A stretch of DNA of 64,000 nt, from the IMG/VR virus record IMGVR_UViG_3300020576_004053, positions 64,001 to 128,000 of that record. One strand, 5' to 3'. Positions 49,964 to 57,003 of this stretch are shown here, in pieces (the stretch's first letter is position 1; every line of letters begins with the position of its first letter). Origin of the DNA: a virus. Lineage: Duplodnaviria; Caudoviricetes. A model generated the notes under the pieces. That model saw only the letters and a program-made list of their open reading frames with translations. It did not search any database and was not told where the DNA came from. The translations under genes were made by a program, and so were the position numbers.

Positions 49964-50091
49964 TTGGTCGGGTAGGAGTCGAACCTACAACGGGCCTGTT
50001 TGAGTTAACGATAATCTACGTCTCAGGTTACCCCGAGCAAAGGATCGATCACCATTGGAGACAGGTGTGTTTACCATTTCACCACCGACCA
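49964..50091 (-). ncRNA. tRNA-Y hybrid RNA 3 (tRNA-Trp(CCA) with 54-nt insert at 37/38)
   Basis: TGGTCGG/CCGACCA acceptor; CCTGT-CTCCAA-[insert with TTTGCTC-GGG-GTAA-CCT-GAGACG]-A-ACAGG. Confidence 0.8.
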
Positions 50092-50095
50092 TCAG

Positions 50096-50161
50096 TGCGG
50101 TCAAAGAGATAACCAAGGGGGTTTTATCTTAAAAGGATAACCCTCAGTTGTTCGTACCGCA
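50096..50161 (-). ncRNA. Minimal (66-nt) Y RNA, canonical topology
   Basis: 5' UGCGGU-A-CGAA pairs with 3' UUUGACCGCA; GUUAUC occurs twice inside. Confidence 0.7.
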
Positions 50162-50233
50162 GAACAACAATCTACAACAACTTTGGTTACAGCGCAAGTA
50201 CCGGAGACGAGAAAGTGCAGACTTAGATATGTG

Positions 50234-50938
50234 TTAGTTTGACACAACGTCTTTTACACTCGGCCACTTACCCGTATCATAATAGAGCCGACGCTGTTTC
50301 GCACGAGTGGAATTCTTGTTTCGACTCTTATATGTATCCGTTTGAGAATGACAGTTCGGACACAACAATCTCAAATTATCAGGATGGTTGTTGTCAGAGT
50401 TGCCATCTACGTGATCTAACTGTAAAGTCAAAGGTTTGTGATTGTGCACAGATCCCTGAGAACACCATGCACATGCGTTTCCACGACAATCTATCAACGC
50501 CGCCTTCAACACAGACAGAGAATTTGGATTAAGAGTTCCTGCTAAAAATCGTTCAATTCTAACACGTCTATTATTTGCACCACGACACTTTTTAGAACAA
50601 TACCGCATATAACGACTACAGCTATTCCCACACTCTAAACATCTAACGGGATCACGACTAGCATCACCGGTACGATTATTAGCTTTACCACATTTCAATG
50701 AGCAGCACTTTTTATGTTTATTATTACGAAATATATGTTCTTTAACATATTGATCAAACGAAACGCCACATCGTATGCAATTTAAAACTACGTGAATTAA
50801 CGGCTTAGTTTTCGTTTGTCTATGTTTTTCAATAGTTGCGTTTCTTTTTGGATTTTTGACACAATTAGTAACATGTGCACCAAACGCACGTTTAACATCA
50901 AATTCAAACTCACCATCACAATGTTTACATATTTGCAT
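50234..50938 (-). CDS. HNH homing endonuclease
   Basis: Cys-rich N-terminus; LQLDHVDGNSDNN..DNLRLLCPNCHSQT. Confidence 0.9.
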   Translation of the reverse strand: MQICKHCDGEFEFDVKRAFGAHVTNCVKNPKRNATIEKHRQTKTKPLIHVVLNCIRCGVSFDQYVKEHIFRNNKHKKCCSLKCGKANNRTGDASRDPVRCLECGNSCSRYMRYCSKKCRGANNRRVRIERFLAGTLNPNSLSVLKAALIDCRGNACAWCSQGSVHNHKPLTLQLDHVDGNSDNNHPDNLRLLCPNCHSQTDTYKSRNKNSTRAKQRRLYYDTGKWPSVKDVVSN

Positions 50939-51012
50939 AAAAATACCCCCGTTACAAATAAGTAGGGAGGTATGGAGCGAAAAACGAGATTTGATGTAAA
51001 AGGTACTAATTA

Positions 51013-51086
51013 AGTGGATGACGGGAGTCGAACCCGCAAGAATTCAGTTTGGAAAACTGACGCTTTACCGTATAAGCTTCATCCAC
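51013..51086 (-). tRNA. tRNA-Gly(TCC)
   Basis: TCAGT-TTTCCAA-ACTGA. Confidence 0.9.
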
Positions 51087-51270
51087 ATTGAGCCTAGCTG
51101 TACATTGTTCTTTTATATCCCGCTTTTCCATTAGCGGCCCAATCAAACGGCTTGTCTAACCTCTAGGCTCATCCCCATCAAAAATTCCATAGGGTTCTGG
51201 CGACTCTACCGTTCACTTAATATATAGCGACGATCTGCTATTTTATCAACCTTGACTTCCGATAAAGTGT

Positions 51271-51425
51271 TAGATACGAGTTGTGAGCTTTCCACCCACA
51301 CGCTGGTTTGCCTACACTGCGTAGTAGTCGCCGCACTGTTGCCAGTCAGGTAGCCACAGACCATCGATATAGTGTCTTAACCATCAAGGGATTCGGGCAC
51401 TATATCTGTTGTTGTCTCGTATCTA
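51271..51425 (-). ncRNA. Candidate multi-stem RNA with internal Ro-type hairpin
   Basis: TAGATACGAG/CTCGTATCTA closing stem; GATATAGTG/CACTATATC; CTGACTG-GCAA-CAGTGCG. Confidence 0.55.
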
Positions 51426-51501
51426 TGCGTAAGGTGGGAGTCGAACCCACAAACCACTGATTTTGAGTCAGCGAGGTATTTCCAGTTCCCGTCACTCACG
51501 C
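51426..51501 (-). tRNA. tRNA-Leu(CAA), short variable arm
   Basis: GCTGA-CTCAAAA-TCAGT; 5-nt variable region. Confidence 0.8.
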
Positions 51502-51959
51502 GTACTTTTGGGAAAGCCTAACCGTAACTTATCCCGTTCCATCTGTAACTTATCAGCCTCACTATACAGTGTCAAGTGAGCGATCTCATCAGCGTTCTGC
51601 TTGTCCACATACTCGTATATCACCTCTTTCCGACTCTGACTATAGACATTCCATCCAGTAGTAAAATACCACGTTGGATGGCTGATCAGTTTAAATGGAA
51701 TAAACGTGATAACATCTACTATCCACGCAGCACCGGTACGTATTAATATAGCTATGATTACAAACCACCAGAACAGTATTACCGTTAACACCGATCCTTC
51801 AACGGTATATGTCATGTTCGGTACATAATCTCCATGATCAGACCATCCTAACACACGACGTTCACCATCTATTTCTACAACCGGCATACGCTTCCACCAT
51901 ATCACAAAAAACGTCATCGCACATACTAAATACGCTAAAACCCCGGCTGCGAGTTTCAC
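51492..51959 (-). CDS. Membrane protein
   Basis: Two hydrophobic segments; GTG start. Confidence 0.55.
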   Translation of the reverse strand: MKLAAGVLAYLVCAMTFFVIWWKRMPVVEIDGERRVLGWSDHGDYVPNMTYTVEGSVLTVILFWWFVIIAILIRTGAAWIVDVITFIPFKLISHPTWYFTTGWNVYSQSRKEVIYEYVDKQNADEIAHLTLYSEADKLQMERDKLRLGFPKSTRE

Positions 51960-52411
51960 CAGTCCGATCCTCCCCCGCCACCGCTGAATCCACTATCTGA
52001 TCCACCAAAATCCGTAGAGGATGACGACGAATCTGATGGGGATGACGGTGCACTGAAATCAATAAACGGAATAACGGTGTTGATATCCGTTAAAGGTGAC
52101 CGTCGTGTGATATCATCGTCATCATTCTTCTTAGATGACGGTAGATCGCTCACAATATCATCATCCTGTGGTTTTGTTGGACGCGATACCGTTGGAGTAG
52201 ATGTTTTCGTCGGTGCCGCAGGACGTACGGTACGAACCGGGGCCGTGAACGAACGATTCATCTCGGCCATCCGCTTCTCATAATCTTCCCGACGACGTAA
52301 TTCTGCCCGTCGTTCCCGTTCAGCATCTCGGATCTCTATGATATGTTGAACTGCGATCATAATACATCCGAAGATCAACACAACTAATGCGGCGGCTAGA
52401 AGGTAGTTCAC
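51956..52411 (-). CDS. Membrane-anchored protein with Gly/Ser tail
   Basis: N-terminal TM; C-terminal DFGGSDSGFSGGGGGSDW. Confidence 0.65.
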   Translation of the reverse strand: MNYLLAAALVVLIFGCIMIAVQHIIEIRDAERERRAELRRREDYEKRMAEMNRSFTAPVRTVRPAAPTKTSTPTVSRPTKPQDDDIVSDLPSSKKNDDDDITRRSPLTDINTVIPFIDFSAPSSPSDSSSSSTDFGGSDSGFSGGGGGSDW

Positions 52412-52423
52412 GGTCGAGATCGG

Positions 52424-52624
52424 TTAGAAGATACGGATGGCAGTCGATGTCGGTACGTTCTGTGCGTTCAAAGCATTCATCAGGTTGCGCTTTGCTATGT
52501 TAAGTGGATTAACAAAACTATATCGATCAAACGTAGATAAATTGCGATAGATAGCGTATAGATTTTTCGATTTCCACACCCGATGATAGAAATCGTGTTC
52601 GGTGTACATCTTTTGCTTTTTCAT
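52424..52624 (-). CDS. Hypothetical protein
   Basis: 66 aa ORF. Confidence 0.4.
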   Translation of the reverse strand: MKKQKMYTEHDFYHRVWKSKNLYAIYRNLSTFDRYSFVNPLNIAKRNLMNALNAQNVPTSTAIRIF

Positions 52625-52626
52625 AG

Positions 52627-52710
52627 TGCTCCGAGCCGGAATCGAACCGGCACCCCCTTACGAGGACAAAATTTTAAGTTTTGCGTGGCTGCCAATTACA
52701 CCATCGGAGC
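52627..52710 (-). tRNA. tRNA-Leu(TAA)
   Basis: CAAAA-CTTAAAA-TTTTG, long variable arm. Confidence 0.9.
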
Positions 52711-52718
52711 GGTGTTGT

Positions 52719-52747
52719 AACTTAGTATCTACCAGCCGATCTGTCAA
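52719..52747 (-). promoter_or_regulatory. sigma70-type promoter
   Basis: TTGACA-17nt-TAAGTT. Confidence 0.65.
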
Positions 52748-53277
52748 GGCACCAAATTAACATGTTTATTAGCTACCGTTGTCCATGACACTAACGGTAA
52801 AGTGTTTGGAAGTCCTAGTTGATTCCAACTGCGCAATACATCTCGTGGAATAGACAGCATCTTTCCATATCTATAATTTCTAGACGGTGCGGTTTTTATC
52901 TGTTGATTGGTTGCCCATCCAGATACTCGCGCATATCTATTATCGCGAATTGCAACTAAAATGTAATAATCAACGGATATAATTTTATCAGGAAATTCTT
53001 TAATATCTGGTGATGTCCACCACGTAACACCTTTAACATCATACGTCACACCGTTATGAATAAAATCATATCCATCATCACCCATTTCACTTAACGTAGT
53101 ATTCATGGGTAATCCGGTGTAAATAGAAACGCACATTTCTGCACAACATCCTACGAAATGAGTAGAATTATCAATAGACCAGTTCTTGGTAGATTGATAA
53201 TTCTTTTTTTGGCTATCTCGTTGAGAGGATATACGGGAAATTTCTTGTAAATATGGATATAAATCAAGCCATCTCAT
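52744..53277 (-). CDS. Putative PD-(D/E)xK nuclease
   Basis: G..AE...GDDGYDF......DVKG pattern. Confidence 0.5.
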   Translation of the reverse strand: MRWLDLYPYLQEISRISSQRDSQKKNYQSTKNWSIDNSTHFVGCCAEMCVSIYTGLPMNTTLSEMGDDGYDFIHNGVTYDVKGVTWWTSPDIKEFPDKIISVDYYILVAIRDNRYARVSGWATNQQIKTAPSRNYRYGKMLSIPRDVLRSWNQLGLPNTLPLVSWTTVANKHVNLVP

Positions 53278-53451
53278 TTTGTTTGTCAGCCATCTCAGTT
53301 TGTTTGACATCGGTAGGTTTGACGCGTGGGTTACAGGGATATTGCAAATTACCAAATCCGCCGATTTCATCTGTTGCGCCACAGAGCGTACAGATTTCAT
53401 CGAACGTGGACGCATCCGAAAATCGTGTCTTATGACTAGGATGTATACCCA

Positions 53452-53682
53452 TTATAACAGTGCCTTGGCGATCTTGCCTTCCATCTCGGTATGGGACGCC
53501 ACATCTAGCGGTGCACCCTTTGCGATGATCGTTGCAATAACATCCAACGTCAACTCTTTGTTATCAAACCGAAATACCATCGGGCTTGGCGATGCTTCTA
53601 GATCAACAATCACCGTTGTTTTTCCGGTCGGTCGAATGAGATTATTTACATCGACCTTTTTCGCCTTCGATACTTTTGCCAC
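53452..53682 (-). CDS. Hypothetical protein
   Basis: GAGG RBS before GTG (MAKVSKAKK...). Confidence 0.5.
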   Translation of the reverse strand: MAKVSKAKKVDVNNLIRPTGKTTVIVDLEASPSPMVFRFDNKELTLDVIATIIAKGAPLDVASHTEMEGKIAKALL

Positions 53683-53684
53683 GG

Positions 53685-53810
53685 TCACCTCTTCGAACAA
53701 GAATATGTTTTGGTCTGACTATGACAGTTTGGACACAACCAACGTAAATTCTCCAACCGATGATCTATGTTATCACCGTTAATATGATCCATATGTAATG
53801 TTAACGGAGA
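53685..53810 (-). pseudogene. HNH endonuclease remnant
   Basis: PLTLHMDHINGDNIDHRLENLRWLCPNCHSQTKTY preceded in frame by TAA TGA. Confidence 0.7.
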
Positions 53811-53890
53811 ATGTTGTCATTAAATACTCCATATGATGTTACCTATACATATGGAGTACTGAATGAATCCGTGCACTAATGCGTCTGCTA

Positions 53891-53972
53891 TACTCTCGGT
53901 CGGAGTCGAACCGACAATGTCGTTAAACGTCGCAGCCTAAATGCGATGGGTCTGCCTTTCCCCCACGAGAGC
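53891..53972 (-). tRNA. tRNA-Leu(TAG)
   Basis: TCGCA-TTTAGGC-TGCGA. Confidence 0.85.
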
Positions 53973-54066
53973 AAATACCGGTTCTTTTCTGAGTGAACCG
54001 GCAAGATCTCAGACTCTCTTCCCAAGGGGTCTATCCCTCAAGACAAGAATCTAAAAGTTAACACTC

Positions 54067-54333
54067 TTAGGACGACTTCGCAACCTTCCAACGACGGATC
54101 ATTCGTCCTCGTGCCGCTTCCCGTTCCGACTGCACAAACCCAACCGGCTTGAACAGTGGCTCCTGAAGGACAGAACGAACAACGCTAATCCGGTCATTCG
54201 AATTGGCCGTATATCCTTCACGGTCCAAATACGTATGCACGTCATCAGCGGTTACCTGCTTGTTGGTTCGACGGCCACCTACACGACGTAGATAGGTCGT
54301 TGCACCCGATACTACCTGATCCTTGTTGCTCAT
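54067..54333 (-). CDS. Small basic (winged-helix-like) protein
   Basis: 88 aa, GGAG RBS. Confidence 0.55.
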   Translation of the reverse strand: MSNKDQVVSGATTYLRRVGGRRTNKQVTADDVHTYLDREGYTANSNDRISVVRSVLQEPLFKPVGFVQSEREAARGRMIRRWKVAKSS

Positions 54334-54409
54334 AAAACTCTCCCATTAAATAAAGGAATATTGTGGACCCGCGACATTAAAATACTCCAGTTTGCGCGGG
54401 TCTGTCAAG

Positions 54410-54498
54410 CGGTACGTACAGGATTCGAACCTGTAATAGCATGTTTCCATACTATGGCACATTAGCAGTGTGCTGGTTTACCGTTCACCCAACGTACC
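54410..54498 (-). tRNA. tRNA-Ser(GCT)
   Basis: GCACA-CTGCTAA-TGTGC, long variable arm. Confidence 0.9.
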
Positions 54499-54505
54499 AT
54501 GTTAC

Positions 54506-54736
54506 TTATTCATCATCCGGATATACTATCGTCGTCACCTTCGCGGGAGCTAAATCCAACTTTTCAAAGGGCCGATGATATTGTTGCCGCCATCCTGCCA
54601 CTCCTTGTTTACTTCCAGTACTCTTTCCGAGCGAACGAAATCGAACTGGATATGGTGTTACTACCGATTCAATTTCTTTCTTCTGCGTAATATTCTTCTT
54701 TTGTCCAAACCGCAACGAAAATTCTTTACGTTTCAT
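54506..54736 (-). CDS. Hypothetical protein
   Basis: 76 aa, GAGG RBS. Confidence 0.45.
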   Translation of the reverse strand: MKRKEFSLRFGQKKNITQKKEIESVVTPYPVRFRSLGKSTGSKQGVAGWRQQYHRPFEKLDLAPAKVTTIVYPDDE

Positions 54737-54767
54737 TATAACCTCGTGATATTAGTATCAACGAATA

Positions 54768-55256
54768 TTAGTATTCCGTACCATGAATCAGATTAAACTG
54801 ATCGTCCTCGGCCATCAACGGTTCACGTTTTTGTATCACAGAATCATGCCGCTGTTTTGCCAATTGGTCTAACTCCACAGTCAATTCCAGTGCATATTCC
54901 TTTGGATCAACCGTCTCTGGGTTAGGATGTCTGGAGAGATATTTGTCACGTCTAGCTTGTAAATAGGTATTATGATCTACCCGATTGACCACCACTTCCA
55001 TCGTTGGACGCTGCCGGTGCCAATGGGTAATACGCAACCGCTCCCACCGTTCCACTAAGCAGATATCACAGATCGCAAATTCAATCCGTTGTCCATCAAA
55101 CGAATCAAACACCGTCGATCCATAATTCCCATAGCTCACACACGCCACCCCATCGTTCGGCTGATTGGTGATTTCGGGTTCATCATGAAATCGACCGAAT
55201 GCATGAGATAACTCTTTACCACAGATGATGCATGGAACCGGATTATCTTTATCCAC
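54768..55256 (-). CDS. Zinc-binding hypothetical protein
   Basis: CIICG...GNYGSTVFD...ICDIC. Confidence 0.55.
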   Translation of the reverse strand: MDKDNPVPCIICGKELSHAFGRFHDEPEITNQPNDGVACVSYGNYGSTVFDSFDGQRIEFAICDICLVERWERLRITHWHRQRPTMEVVVNRVDHNTYLQARRDKYLSRHPNPETVDPKEYALELTVELDQLAKQRHDSVIQKREPLMAEDDQFNLIHGTEY

Positions 55257-55260
55257 GATA

Positions 55261-55945
55261 TTATTTCGTTGAAGGGGGCCAGTCGCCTTTCAAATATGTC
55301 GAAAGATCCCATTTTTGTCCAGAGGCATGATCGATGACGATATTATCCTGAAACCGAATGGTCCGAATTTTATCTCCACGTTCCCCTGACCCAATTTGAT
55401 CCCGTCGAATATTGTTATATCCTGCATGTACCCCGGTTTGCTGTTGTGCTAATAATCGGGTTGCTAATAACTCTAGCGCAGAATATTTGTTCTGATGTTG
55501 GGATCGACTTGTTTCACAGCGTACCATCATCTTTGTCGGAATATGACGGACAATCACCGCACTATCGGTCTTATTGCGATGTTGACCACCGGCCCCAGAT
55601 CCTCGGGTTGTCATAAACTCTAGATCTTCAGGCTTTATATTTACCTGTACACGCTCTGGAACGGGTAAGACCGCAACCGTGATAGTGGAAGTATGGACGC
55701 GACCACGTTTTTCATGTGGGGGAATAGTCTGCCAGCGATGACCACCACTTTCTCCCATAAATAAAATACGTGCAGACTTACCGGTTACCTGCAACACGGT
55801 CAGCCCTGCACGTTCATCGATTACGGAAACCTCAAAGACCGTTCCGGTTCCCCCGACGCACGTACAAGTTGGCCTGTTCACTAACGAGTCGCTTGGCATC
55901 CGCCCCACCTTCGGCAGCACGGATTTCTACTAAGAGCGTTTGCAT
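55261..55945 (-). CDS. Class-I release factor homolog lacking domain 1, expressed by +1 frameshift at CTT-TGA (55837-55832)
   Basis: ORF1 MQTLLVEIRAAEGGADA...GL* joins in +1 to EVSVIDER...GESGGHRWQTIPPHEKRGRVHTS...GAGGQHRNKTDSAV...SQHQNK...RGDKIRT; about 227 aa. Confidence 0.9.
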
Positions 55946-55977
55946 AATTGGTACCTGTTTAAACGTTGATGAAGATA

Positions 55978-56120
55978 GTTGTAGAGTGCGCTGAGGTAGC
56001 ACGCAAGGCTGATCAGTTCCTGTTCTATTCCTCACACTCAAGCGTCTGAAGTCTTTTACGAACGTATTGACGGTAGCTACTTCCATCGCATCCCGTAAAG
56101 CTTCCACGCAACTCTACAAC
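55978..56120 (-). ncRNA. Candidate structured RNA / leader of the release-factor gene
   Basis: GTTGTAGAGT-T-GCG / CGCACTCTACAAC closing stem; TTTACGGG/TTCGTAAA internal stem. Confidence 0.45.
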
Positions 56121-56125
56121 CACAG

Positions 56126-56201
56126 TACCCCGTAGGGGATTCGAACCCCTCTCTGCTGAGTGAAAATCAGCGATCCTCAATTCCGAATAGACGAACAGGG
56201 C
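56126..56201 (-). tRNA. tRNA-Glu(TTC)
   Basis: GCTGA-TTTTCAC-TCAGC. Confidence 0.9.
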
Positions 56202-56287
56202 AAAATGACGGTTTTATAAGTAAGTCCGTCAAACTCCGTCAGTCCGAGTTTTTTTGGAAGTCGTCTCTCCTGACCGTGCATTCGACT

Positions 56288-56857
56288 TCAAAACAACGTA
56301 TATCCTGCAAACAGCTTCATGTACTCTGTGATGTGTGTACCGTTGGCATCGGACATCTTCCCAATATAGCGATCTGGGTAGAAGAATGCAAGTACCCCCG
56401 TTGAACCAGAAAAGTGCGCTCCTGCCAAGATTCCTGATTCTGTGATACGTACGCCGTTGACCACCTTTCCCGCAAACTGTCGAATGACCGGTTGTAGTTC
56501 CTGTCGATTCGCTTTAAGGTATGTCACCATCACCTTATCTTGTAACGCCGGATCGGATAAGAACTGACTTTTGGTCACATTATATCCGAGTACTTTGACC
56601 GTTGATGGATGAAATTGATATTTCCCCATCATACCAAACTTATTCACAGCGGTTGGTGTATTATCACTTTCCCGCATCGCCATCTTGTGTAAGAACGCTC
56701 GTAGATCCTTTTTGGGTAGAGCTTTCTTTTTTGGTGTAACCTTTTTTGGTGTGACCGCTGGAATATGTTTCGGAATCGGTTCGACATCAACCTTCGAAGA
56801 AACAAGTGACATAATCGCCACTACTGCCAACAGACACGATATGAATAATCTTTTCAT
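56288..56857 (-). CDS. Secreted lysozyme/transglycosylase-like protein
   Basis: Signal peptide; RES......N..G..GKYQF motif. Confidence 0.7.
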   Translation of the reverse strand: MKRLFISCLLAVVAIMSLVSSKVDVEPIPKHIPAVTPKKVTPKKKALPKKDLRAFLHKMAMRESDNTPTAVNKFGMMGKYQFHPSTVKVLGYNVTKSQFLSDPALQDKVMVTYLKANRQELQPVIRQFAGKVVNGVRITESGILAGAHFSGSTGVLAFFYPDRYIGKMSDANGTHITEYMKLFAGYTLF

Positions 56858-56918
56858 AACGCTCCCATAAATAGTGTGTATATCAACTTATTTTATACCT
56901 CTAATCGTCTAGATATAA

Positions 56919-56991
56919 TACTTCTCCACGGAATCGAACCGTGCCCGTCTCCGTGTAAAGGAGTTATGCATACCCAACACACCCGAGAAGT
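56919..56991 (-). tRNA. tRNA-Val(TAC)
   Basis: CTCC-TTTACAC-GGAG; ACTTCTC/GAGAAGT acceptor. Confidence 0.8.
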
Positions 56992-57003
56992 ATATCCATA
57001 ATC

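Noticed and set aside
50190-50290. Possible additional tRNA or Y RNA (GGGTAAGTGGCCGAGTG...)
   Set aside because: Looks like a tRNA 5' end but has no T arm or matching acceptor strand; at best a decayed remnant under the HNH 3' end.
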